From an uncultured Deferribacteres bacterium (GTDB lineage Bacteria > Zhuqueibacterota > Zhuqueibacteria > Zhuqueibacterales > Geothermadaptataceae), in assembly GCA_964014485.1 (NCBI GenBank), contig CAXHAT010000067.1, positions 1-37,165 on the forward strand: a DNA stretch of 37,165 nt, in the 5' to 3' direction. The notes under the pieces are model-generated. The model saw only the letters and a program-made list of their open reading frames with translations. It was not told the origin of the DNA and did not search any database. Both the position numbers and the translations under genes were made by a program. Shown here piece after piece: positions 18,158 to 26,915 of this stretch (its first letter is position 1; every line of letters starts with the position of its first letter).

Positions 18158-20545
18158 TCAATTGACCAGAAAGTTCGTCCTTCGACTGCTCGTATTTCCA
18201 GCCCGATCCGTTGCCGAAAACTCGACTGAATGCGTCCCGCGCGAAAGCGGTGACTTTGGAACATAAGTCACCGTGCCGTGCTCGGGATCATATGTCGCGA
18301 TCACTTTTTTCCCGTCGATTTTCAAGACGAGCGATTCTTCTGAAGCAAAACGCGACTCTCTATCTCGGGCATACGCGACAATGCGAGGCCGCGGCGAAAC
18401 ATAGGCGTTTCGTCGGGGAGAGCGGATTTCGGTAATCGGGGGAACGTCGTCAATGCGAATGGCGAACGTTTCAAGACTCAACGCTCTGCCAGTCACCTCT
18501 TTTCGCGACCAGTCGATTTTATTATTCATAAACGCCCACCCACCGCGCCCAACACGGAAATAGACGCCCAATTTGCGGACGTCGACCGAATCTTCCGGAA
18601 ATTTCATTCGAATGGTGACCCCGGATTTCATGGGAAAATCCCCAGGCTCAGCCTTATAAATATGGCTGTAAAGCTTGTCGTCGACCGTATCTTCCCTATT
18701 CTGGATTTGCTTGATACGAACAAATGCGTCCTGAAAAAGAGCGCTTGATGAGAAGGAAATACTGAATCGTCCGTCTTCGGAGACCACGCCGCGCGTCTGC
18801 CCCTTTTTGATGTGAATATTATCAAAAACCGTCTCAGCGACTCCGATCTGACCATAAACGCTCTCGCCCTGCGCTACGATGCGAATATTTTTCCCAGTGA
18901 TTTTCTCAAGCTCAAGCGGCAAAAGAAATTCGGTCTCGCTCTTTTGGATGAGCTGAGGGTAAATTGTGGATCCGTCGCCTGTATTAACTTCGACGAGCGG
19001 CGTTTTCTGAACCGGTAGAGTCGCATTAAGTCGAACCAGAACATAATCAGCGAAGAAGTCCGTTTCGATGCTTAAGTCGAATTTTTGAGCGGCTAGATTG
19101 GCTTCTCGAGGCGCGAAAAAATAGGCCGGCCATGAGGTCATCTCGTTTCCTGTTCGCAACAAGAATTTCAAGTCCGCAGAACCCGCATTCTCAGCTTCTG
19201 AAATAACGAGCGGCGCACCTTGCGAAAATGCTTGTTCAAAATCTGCTTTGGCAAGACTTTGCCGTAACGTCCAGCCGCTGCGATTTCGTGAGTCTTTTTG
19301 GTACACTTCGAAGGCCGCGCCTTCCGGCATTTGATTTCTCAAATTCAGGCCGGTTAGCAAAAGGCGGTCGGAGTCCTTTCTAAGTTGCGGCGCCAGTTTG
19401 AGTTTATTTTCGGCGATAAATTCACCCGAAAGTTGCGAAGTATTGCCGAAATAATCCTTTAAGGTCACCAAAAAAGTATGTCGTCCCGGCGTGAGTGATG
19501 CGGCTTCAATTCCAGGAGTCGCGGCTGCGCCGTTTGCCCCATTGCCGACGACCACCTGGGAGCGCGCTTCTTTATTGCCATCATGCAAAAACACCAAGCG
19601 GCCGTTGGCGCTGTTGGACGATTTATAAAACCCCAAACCGTTGTTTTTATCCTTGAACAGCCGATGAAATCTTCTGCCGTGCCGCCGCCTGACCATATAC
19701 TCGCGTTCCAGCACCGCATGGCGGTTCATACCGTAACTAAAGCGGTCATACCGAATTCGCAGATGGGGCTTGCCGTCAATTTCAAGCAGCGCTTCGTAGA
19801 CATGAAATTTGTTTGTCACCGTCCCGCTGCCGTCGTAGGCTTGAATGATGAAACCGATCTCACCGTCAAAAGAAAACGGCTTGTCCAATTTCCAAACTTT
19901 TCTCCCCATGTTCACTATTTTCAAAAATTTGTAGCTGAAATCTTCGTCGATGCGCGAGCCTGGCGACAGCGGGACGACGCCAAATCGTGAAATCGTCGGC
20001 GCTTCAACATCGTCGATAACGTAACCCTTGGAAAGCGGGTTGATCGGGCGATTTTGCGCGTCCCGAACTTCAAAATGCAAGTGCGGAACGCCGATTCCCG
20101 TTTCGCCGGTATAAGCGATAACTTCGCCTTTTTTTACCGGAAACACCGAGGCGCTTGGATATTTATCGACGCGATACTTACCGGCGGCAAGTTGTTGTCT
20201 TTCGGCATATTGCTCGATTTCAGGCTTGAACCTTTCGAGGTGGGCGTAGACGACTGTTTCGCCGGTGTCGAGCTTATGGTAGAGAGCCTTCCCGTATCCA
20301 AACGGTGAAACGCGAACACGCGATATGTATCCGTCGCGAATCGCAAAAACTTTGTAGCCCGTCTTGTTCCAGGTCTTGATGTCAATTGCCGCGTGAAATC
20401 TGTCCGGGCGCGCTTCGCAAAATGACGAGGTCATCCAATTGCTGGCGTTTGTCGGCCAAAGATATTCCGGTTCTTGTGCAAAACTGCTCTTTACAAGAAA
20501 AAGAACAACGCTGAAATAAATGGTTGAAAAAGCGCCCGGCTTCAC
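18158..20545 (-). CDS. M23 family metallopeptidase, secreted, with C-terminal Ig-like domain
   Basis: Signal peptide, HAAID (HxxxD), YAHL, PHLHFEVR, and a C-terminal ATDRAGN Ig-like end. Confidence 0.88.
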   Translation of the reverse strand: MKPGAFSTIYFSVVLFLVKSSFAQEPEYLWPTNASNWMTSSFCEARPDRFHAAIDIKTWNKTGYKVFAIRDGYISRVRVSPFGYGKALYHKLDTGETVVYAHLERFKPEIEQYAERQQLAAGKYRVDKYPSASVFPVKKGEVIAYTGETGIGVPHLHFEVRDAQNRPINPLSKGYVIDDVEAPTISRFGVVPLSPGSRIDEDFSYKFLKIVNMGRKVWKLDKPFSFDGEIGFIIQAYDGSGTVTNKFHVYEALLEIDGKPHLRIRYDRFSYGMNRHAVLEREYMVRRRHGRRFHRLFKDKNNGLGFYKSSNSANGRLVFLHDGNKEARSQVVVGNGANGAAATPGIEAASLTPGRHTFLVTLKDYFGNTSQLSGEFIAENKLKLAPQLRKDSDRLLLTGLNLRNQMPEGAAFEVYQKDSRNRSGWTLRQSLAKADFEQAFSQGAPLVISEAENAGSADLKFLLRTGNEMTSWPAYFFAPREANLAAQKFDLSIETDFFADYVLVRLNATLPVQKTPLVEVNTGDGSTIYPQLIQKSETEFLLPLELEKITGKNIRIVAQGESVYGQIGVAETVFDNIHIKKGQTRGVVSEDGRFSISFSSSALFQDAFVRIKQIQNREDTVDDKLYSHIYKAEPGDFPMKSGVTIRMKFPEDSVDVRKLGVYFRVGRGGWAFMNNKIDWSRKEVTGRALSLETFAIRIDDVPPITEIRSPRRNAYVSPRPRIVAYARDRESRFASEESLVLKIDGKKVIATYDPEHGTVTYVPKSPLSRGTHSVEFSATDRAGNTSSRRTNFLVN

Positions 20546-21840
20546 ATTCCGCCCTTCTTTTGAAAGTTCATATTTTCTATCGTTTGTTCAAAAACAACAG
20601 TCAGTTTTTCAGTCAGTTTTTTTCGGCTATATTGTTCCAAGTGCGTTGTTGAAAAATCAGGCGTCAGACCAGCCTTGTGGTTGGCGATCAGCAAATCCAA
20701 ATGCGAAAAAATTGTACGTGCTTCGTTTGGCAAAGCGTGAAAAACGCCGCCGTTTTTTTTGAGAATTTCCAACCCTTCCACTTCTTTTGCTATAGCGAGC
20801 ACTGGCTTCTTCGCAGCCATATATTCAAAGGTTTTCCCCGGCACAAAGCTTCGATCCGGGTTGCCGTCCACAATGTAGAGCAGAGCGGCGGCGGATTGGC
20901 AACTCTCAACCGCTTTTGCATGCGGCAAATATCCGGTCATGCTAACGTAATCCGAAATTCGCAACTCAGCAATTCGCACGTCCAGCTTTCCTTCAATATC
21001 AGCGCCGATAAAATGCAGTTGCATTTCGGACGGCTGGATTTTTCGCGTTTCGACGTAGTCTCGAAATAACTCTAAAAACGGCTCTACAACGACAAAATTC
21101 CCGATAGTCCCGACATGCACAAGATCGAATCGCTTACTCTGCGGCGCCGGCGCCTGGAAATTTTTTGGCTCAAAACCGTTGGTAATTACGGCGACCTGAT
21201 TTTTCGGCCCTTCATTTTGTAATTCCTCCGCCAAGCCGTTGGAAACCGCGACTATTCGATCCGCGGCTTTTATCGTTTTTCTCTCAAAAATTCGGTCCAC
21301 TCTTTGATGAATGCGAGTAAAATTGCCTTGAAAATTTCCCAGCGCCCAGCCGTCGCGAAAATCTGCAACCCAAGGCGTTCGCGTCAACTTTGACAAAGAC
21401 TTTGCCAACAAGTGCGTCGAGTGCGGCGGCCCGGAACTCATGATGAGCGCAAATTCTTCCTCTTTTAAAAGCTTCTTGGCGCGCATCCAGGCAAAGGGCG
21501 TCCAAAGAATTTTGTTGTCCGGGACAAGAAAAAAATTGAGTACGTTGAGCAAGCGCCGGAATTTCGCCGAACGACCGGGAAGGCGGTTTTCGCTTTCTTT
21601 TTTTCCAAAGAATCGCAACGCCAAGCGCAACGGGTCCAACGATTCGGTACGCTCGATATGCAAATCTTTCAAATCTTCCAACAGCCCTGCGTCCGAAGCA
21701 AAATAATGTACATTTTTCACCGTCAAGACCGTCGGTCGCCAACCAAATTCCGGCAGATACCTCGCAAACCCGGCAATTCTCTGCGCCCCCCCCATGCCCA
21801 TGGGCGGGAAATAGTAGTTGATGATCAGAACGCGTTTCAA
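20542..21840 (-). CDS. Glycosyltransferase family 4 protein
   Basis: YYFPPMGMGGAQR, SSGPPHSTH, VADFRDGW, ITNGF, PGKTFEYMAAKKPVL. Confidence 0.9.
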   Translation of the reverse strand: MKRVLIINYYFPPMGMGGAQRIAGFARYLPEFGWRPTVLTVKNVHYFASDAGLLEDLKDLHIERTESLDPLRLALRFFGKKESENRLPGRSAKFRRLLNVLNFFLVPDNKILWTPFAWMRAKKLLKEEEFALIMSSGPPHSTHLLAKSLSKLTRTPWVADFRDGWALGNFQGNFTRIHQRVDRIFERKTIKAADRIVAVSNGLAEELQNEGPKNQVAVITNGFEPKNFQAPAPQSKRFDLVHVGTIGNFVVVEPFLELFRDYVETRKIQPSEMQLHFIGADIEGKLDVRIAELRISDYVSMTGYLPHAKAVESCQSAAALLYIVDGNPDRSFVPGKTFEYMAAKKPVLAIAKEVEGLEILKKNGGVFHALPNEARTIFSHLDLLIANHKAGLTPDFSTTHLEQYSRKKLTEKLTVVFEQTIENMNFQKKGGM

Positions 21841-22826
21841 CGCGGCGCATCCTTAAGCAAATCGCGGTTAACGCCGTATTTCTCGGGCAAAAGCTTCAGG
21901 CGCGTTTGTTCTTTTAAATTCAGGAACCAAAACTTTCGGTCAACGCTTTCATCATCAACGTAAACGAGCCATTTTTTCGCCCAACCGGCAATCGCTTCAT
22001 CATCAACCAGTCGCGCCAGTACGTTCAACATTTTGCAAACGCCGCGAACGGTTTCCATCCCGGCGATTCGCCGGCTTTTGCGCAAGTCAAAAAGCAGCCA
22101 TTTTCCCGTATCGTAGCGATGCAAGTTGGCCTTTAAACCGTCGAGCGCACTCAAAAACATGGTCTTCATCATTTTGTTATCGAAGTATTCGATGTAGTCG
22201 AATAAGCCTATCAGGCCAAACACTTGTCCGGCCAGCGTTTGTACCGGTTCTTGCGCAGGATATTCTTCCAACCCCATACTTCCGTCAGGAAATCGTCGCA
22301 TAAATCCGCCTTCGCTGACGCTGAGCATGAATATGCTAACGGCCTTCTGCGCCGTTTCTTCATACTTGGCGTCGTCATCCATCGACGCGACGCGCAACAA
22401 AAGCGACATGGCCAGCCCGTGCGTTTTAGCCGAGACCCACTCGTCTTTGAGGTTATAAAAGGGTACGTTAAAATTCGTCGGCCACCCGAAAAAGCCGTCG
22501 CGCCACTGAGTGAGATTTTCGCGCAGCCAATCAGCGATGTATACTGCGTCGTAACGCCCGCGCACGTCGCCGTTTTCCAGAAAATTGGTCAGAGCATGAA
22601 GACCGTAGGCGATGGTAAAAGCTGGATTTAACCGCGTTTGTTCTTCTTCGCCAAACGGCTCTAACGGCACGCCGTGTTTATCAAAAGTGATATGATTAAA
22701 ATCCGCCAGCAAGGGCCAGTGACACGGAAAATGCAGATTAAATCCCCCTTTCGCCAAGGCGGGCTTTTTGTCGCTCCTCGACTCATCTCCCCAACGATTG
22801 ATATTCGGCTGTGACGCGGCAAACAA
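21837..22826 (-). CDS. D-glucuronyl C5-epimerase family protein (degenerate active site)
   Basis: NPAFTIAYGL, WVSAKTHGLAMSLLLR, EEYP, GLFD, YDTGKWLLFDL. TTG start uncertain. Confidence 0.75.
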   Translation of the reverse strand: MFAASQPNINRWGDESRSDKKPALAKGGFNLHFPCHWPLLADFNHITFDKHGVPLEPFGEEEQTRLNPAFTIAYGLHALTNFLENGDVRGRYDAVYIADWLRENLTQWRDGFFGWPTNFNVPFYNLKDEWVSAKTHGLAMSLLLRVASMDDDAKYEETAQKAVSIFMLSVSEGGFMRRFPDGSMGLEEYPAQEPVQTLAGQVFGLIGLFDYIEYFDNKMMKTMFLSALDGLKANLHRYDTGKWLLFDLRKSRRIAGMETVRGVCKMLNVLARLVDDEAIAGWAKKWLVYVDDESVDRKFWFLNLKEQTRLKLLPEKYGVNRDLLKDAPR

Positions 22827-23142
22827 TGTTTAATCTGTGTTAAAGCTGAATGGGGTACGGCGGTTTCGGCTTTGACCAGGAGCTCGCAAATACTGTGGAT
22901 TCGAAGGCAGTGTCAACCGTTTTTGCAAATGTCAATTCACTGTAAATTATAGCGCGTCTCATGATATTTTGCGCGCAAATGAATACAAAAAATAGTTCGG
23001 TCTTCGGCGAGAAGCAAGGACAATCCGAACAAGCCGTCGAGGGCGAGCAAGAAAACGGCGAGTCGAAGCGGCGGCTGTTAATTTTTTAAAAATATTCTTC
23101 TGAAATATATGTTAAAACGATGTAGTTCTTTCTAAAAAAGAG

Positions 23143-23170
23143 TTGACCTTTCGATTCGAATTCCTATGTT
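23143..23170 (+). promoter_or_regulatory. Putative sigma70-type promoter for the 23339-24777 pair
   Basis: TTGACC, 16 nt, TATGTT, preceded by an AT-rich tract. Confidence 0.35.
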
Positions 23171-23338
23171 TTTAATACGCGCTTCATTGCGAGCCAATAA
23201 CCAAAACCGTCCGGAATTTTTCACTTAAGAGAATTTCTTAGAACAACAACCGTCAACGTCAACTCAAACTTTTCCGTCCCGCGTCGTAAACAAGCTGAAC
23301 TGAGCACTCCTTGAACCTTCTATCAAAGGAGCCGGATC

Positions 23339-24082
23339 ATGATTAAACCGACCGCACGTCTCAAGCTTACGCCGAACGATGTTGATTACATTGCCTCTGT
23401 TTTTGAACCTTCTCGATCCAACCAGGAAGCCGTTCTAAAACTTCTCGCAACGCCCAGTGAACGGGACGCGATTCTTGACCATCCAAAACTCTTTTCCCAC
23501 ATCACAACATATCCCAACATGACGCGGATTTCGCTGTCATTGTATTTTTATTTGCTGGTGCGTCACACATTGTTGGAGCACGGGATTGACGACCGCGAAG
23601 TCGCTGATTATTTGGCGAGCATGCTTTCAGAATTCGCCGCGGACGGGCGTTCGGAAAAAATTTCAAAGTATCATGAGAAACGATACGGCTACATCGTTGA
23701 CATGCTGGAAGATTTGCCCAACGCGAATTCTGAACAATTCTTTCTCTTGCAAAGCCATCTCGGAAATTATTGCATGTTTATGCTCGGGCTATATCCGGAC
23801 CGCATTTTTCACCGGGCGAACTTTGGCCGGGCGGCGCCTTCGCAATCCTGGTACGAAGAGATAGGTCGCAGCGGTTATCACTACGCCTCCCGTTCACAAA
23901 TCGCTGAGAAATGGCGGCTCGCTCAAACGCTGGAAATACTTGGCAGCGAATTCCGCACGATCCGATTCGCCCTGAACGACATGAGTGAACGCCGTCTTAA
24001 CCTGGACGATAACGCTCAGAAACCGGAAAAAGTCATACGTCGCGTCAATGCCTTTATCGAACGTAAACGATACTTGTCATAA
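23339..24082 (+). CDS. Conserved hypothetical alpha-helical protein
   Basis: AAAGGAG RBS and a 247-aa ORF with YFYLLVRH...VADYLASML...HLGNYCMFMLGLYPD...WYEEIGRSGY. Confidence 0.8.
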   Translation: MIKPTARLKLTPNDVDYIASVFEPSRSNQEAVLKLLATPSERDAILDHPKLFSHITTYPNMTRISLSLYFYLLVRHTLLEHGIDDREVADYLASMLSEFAADGRSEKISKYHEKRYGYIVDMLEDLPNANSEQFFLLQSHLGNYCMFMLGLYPDRIFHRANFGRAAPSQSWYEEIGRSGYHYASRSQIAEKWRLAQTLEILGSEFRTIRFALNDMSERRLNLDDNAQKPEKVIRRVNAFIERKRYLS

Positions 24083-24099
24083 TCTTAAGAGGCGGCCAA

Positions 24100-24777
24100 T
24101 TGTCATTATTCAGCGACATTCAATTTTTGACCGAAAAGATGCATCGTCTCTCAACAGGGTTGAATTTTGAGGAATTTATCATCGGTCATTCGCGGCGACA
24201 ATTTCTCTCCAAACATGCCGCACATTCTCGCGACCTTTCCGGCGCGGCCTGCGTTTTTTTCAGGAAAGTCGACGACGCCTTGCGAATTGCGATCTACTTT
24301 GACCGGGCGATCATCAGCGCTCTTGAACGCAACGATCCGCGCAACGGCTTGTCGGAAAACAACATCTCCGCGTTTTTGATGTTTATCGAGGAGATAAATC
24401 ACGCCGTTCATGGTGCGGTGCAATTTACTGAGGGCGAACGCGATATCCGCAGGGAGGCGTTTGCACGAAACCTTGAGTTGCTGGCAAAAATCGACGCTTA
24501 CCTGTTCTTAAAATATTTTGTCGCGCGGTTTAACAGAAGCAGGCAACTGGAAATGATGGATCGCCTCTGGCTCCGCACGCACGTCTTTGAATCCGCAGTG
24601 TTTGATTACGAACAGAAGATCATGGAAAACCGCTATCGCGAAACCATTGTTCTTGGGGAAAAGTTTACTCGTTTTCTGGATGGAATACCGGTTGCTGAGA
24701 GAAACGGCGAGTTGTTGAGATTGAGAAAAATGAGGTATGCACAGAAGAAGAATTATATCCGGCTTTTACCGAATTAA
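24100..24777 (+). CDS. Hypothetical protein with a zincin-like EExxH motif
   Basis: 225-aa ORF starting 17 nt after the previous gene, GAGG RBS, motifs FIEEINHAVH and LELLAKIDAY. Confidence 0.7.
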   Translation: MSLFSDIQFLTEKMHRLSTGLNFEEFIIGHSRRQFLSKHAAHSRDLSGAACVFFRKVDDALRIAIYFDRAIISALERNDPRNGLSENNISAFLMFIEEINHAVHGAVQFTEGERDIRREAFARNLELLAKIDAYLFLKYFVARFNRSRQLEMMDRLWLRTHVFESAVFDYEQKIMENRYRETIVLGEKFTRFLDGIPVAERNGELLRLRKMRYAQKKNYIRLLPN

Positions 24778-24790
24778 CCCCCATATTTCG

Positions 24791-25174
24791 TCAGGCGTTC
24801 TGAAAAAGCAGCGTGTTGACACGACGACGCAGATTTTCAATGACAAAAGGCTTGGGCATGAAATCCGTGTCCCTGTGCCGCCTGATCTGATCCAATTTAT
24901 CATCATCCTTAACCCCGGTCAGCATCAAAACAGGCGTTTTTGAGAATCCCGGATCCGACCGCAATTGCGAAAGCGTTGCGAGGCCGTCCTGGATTGGCAT
25001 CATAACGTCCAGAATGACAAGGTCGGGCTGGTGCTTCTTGGCTGCAACCATGCCGCTTGCCCCGTCGCTCGCTTCGATCACCCTGATCGCTCGATTTCCT
25101 GCAAGCGCAGCTTTGATGAGTACCCTGACTGACGAATCGTCATCAACGGTTAAGACTGTTTTATTTTCGTCCAT
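24791..25174 (-). CDS. Single-domain response regulator (CheY-like receiver)
   Basis: VDDD, LDVMMP (phosphoacceptor Asp), LTG, KPF. Confidence 0.93.
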   Translation of the reverse strand: MDENKTVLTVDDDSSVRVLIKAALAGNRAIRVIEASDGASGMVAAKKHQPDLVILDVMMPIQDGLATLSQLRSDPGFSKTPVLMLTGVKDDDKLDQIRRHRDTDFMPKPFVIENLRRRVNTLLFQNA

Positions 25175-25303
25175 TCAATCCCTGAATATCTGAAACTACA
25201 ACTGACAATTTAGCCCCATGGTTATGACAATACAACAACTTTTTAAGCTCTGCGGAAATCATGGCGGCGCAATTCGCAAGATTTCATGTAATCTTTTTCG
25301 CAT

Positions 25304-25813
25304 TTAACGATTTAAGAGCAAATCAAGATAAGAATCTTCAACCAGACTGTCTTCCGAAATCTTGAATTCCTGCATGTAGCGCCCGAGCTTTTCTCGTTCA
25401 TCGGCGGCGTTTTGATTTTCATCGAGAACCGCTTCGAATTCCAGAAAGCGCCCCAACGTTTCAACTTCATCCAAGTGCACCCGCACATTATCAATCAAAT
25501 AAACATCGCGCTTCTTTTTCACAACGGCGCGCACGCCCAAAGCCGGTTCCAGCAATTTTTGCAATTCATCCGGAGGCTCGGCGTGAAATATCTCGTAATA
25601 GCTTGATTTTGGCCCTGATTCATTTGCACGTTCGTAATGGACCAGGTAGCCTTCATTCTCATTTAAGAAACGTAATTTCATCCTGCCGTTTCGAACGTTG
25701 AAATAAACGTCTTTTTGCTCAAGCGAAGAATAAAAATCGCCTCCCAATTTTGCGATCACGCTTTTCGCAAAATCAAAATCCTGATAAACGGCTTTAATCT
25801 CTATGTTCTGCAT
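25304..25813 (-). CDS. CYTH-domain protein (class IV adenylate cyclase family)
   Basis: NIEIKA (ExK), QKDVYF, KLR, VKKKR, HLDEVETLGRFLEFE, SYLDLL. Confidence 0.9.
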   Translation of the reverse strand: MQNIEIKAVYQDFDFAKSVIAKLGGDFYSSLEQKDVYFNVRNGRMKLRFLNENEGYLVHYERANESGPKSSYYEIFHAEPPDELQKLLEPALGVRAVVKKKRDVYLIDNVRVHLDEVETLGRFLEFEAVLDENQNAADEREKLGRYMQEFKISEDSLVEDSYLDLLLNR

Positions 25814-26913
25814 TAGCGCAAACGTTGCCTGCGGTTTCGAATGTAGTCGACGAAGATGTATTCCCCGAGGTGATCCAACGATGAAAAATACGCCCTGCCG
25901 CGATTGACCTTTGTCAGCGTATTGACAAAATCTACCAGCCAGCGGTCGTGGGCGATCATAAAGGTTGTAATTTCGATTTTATCGCGACGGCATTTCACGG
26001 CTTCATCAAGCGTTTTGTTGACGATCTTTCGATCCAGGCCAAACGGGTTTTTATAGAGCCGACCATATTCGTGAATCGCCGAGGGCTTGCCGTCGGTAAT
26101 CATAAAAATTTGTTTGTTGCTGTAACGATGACGCTTCAGAATCGACCTGCTTACTTCCAGCGCCGCCTTGGTGTTGGTGTGAAATGGGCCGACTTGAACA
26201 AACGGCAAGTCTTCCACCTCAACTTCAGCAGCGTCATCGCCAAACGTAATGATGTGCAAATGGTCTTTGGGGTAGCGCGTCAAAATAAGCTGCGCCAACG
26301 CAAGCGCAACGTTTTTCGCGGGCGTAATCCGGTCTTCCCCGTACAAAATCATGCTGTGGCTAATATCAATCGCCAGCACCGTGGCGCAATTGGCCAAATG
26401 TTCGGTCTCGTAGACTTCCAAATCGTCTTCGCTCAGGTTTAGATCGTCGAGCCCGGACTGCCGGATCGCGTTTGAAATTGAAGATGAAAAATCGATATTC
26501 GACGGCGGATCGCCAAATCGGAATGGACGCGTCTCGCTTTGGCGCTCAATGCCCTGTCCCGTGTCCGGCGTTGGGTGATTTCCCCCGGGCGCTTTGCGCA
26601 AATTCGAAAAAACGCGATCCAGACTGTCCTGACGAATGCGTCGGTTGCCCTTGTTGGTCAATTCATATCCGCCGCTTTCATCTTCGCGGATATACCCTTG
26701 TTCTTTGAGCCACTCGATGAAGTCCCCAAGCCCCTGGCCAAGCTCGTCCTTGAAAATTTGATAGCGCTCGTCCAACGACGTCAACCACATCAACGCTTGC
26801 CCGGCGTCGCCGTTGGCTTGCACCATCAGTTGGTTAAAAAGCCTGAGCAGGTCGTCGAAATTGTCCGCCGCCGACTGAGCTTGTTCGCGCCATTCCGAAT
26901 AGCGAAATTGCAT
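25813..26913 (-). CDS. VWA domain-containing protein
   Basis: MIDAS DISHS, GEDRITPAK, HTNT, MITDGKPS. Start at ATG 26913. Confidence 0.9.
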   Translation of the reverse strand: MQFRYSEWREQAQSAADNFDDLLRLFNQLMVQANGDAGQALMWLTSLDERYQIFKDELGQGLGDFIEWLKEQGYIREDESGGYELTNKGNRRIRQDSLDRVFSNLRKAPGGNHPTPDTGQGIERQSETRPFRFGDPPSNIDFSSSISNAIRQSGLDDLNLSEDDLEVYETEHLANCATVLAIDISHSMILYGEDRITPAKNVALALAQLILTRYPKDHLHIITFGDDAAEVEVEDLPFVQVGPFHTNTKAALEVSRSILKRHRYSNKQIFMITDGKPSAIHEYGRLYKNPFGLDRKIVNKTLDEAVKCRRDKIEITTFMIAHDRWLVDFVNTLTKVNRGRAYFSSLDHLGEYIFVDYIRNRRQRLR

Positions 26914-26915
26914 TT

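Noticed and set aside
22827..23338. Possible ncRNA in the long divergent intergenic region
   Set aside because: No tRNA, tmRNA, SRP, RNase P or 6S features were recognised. Divergent promoters explain the region adequately.
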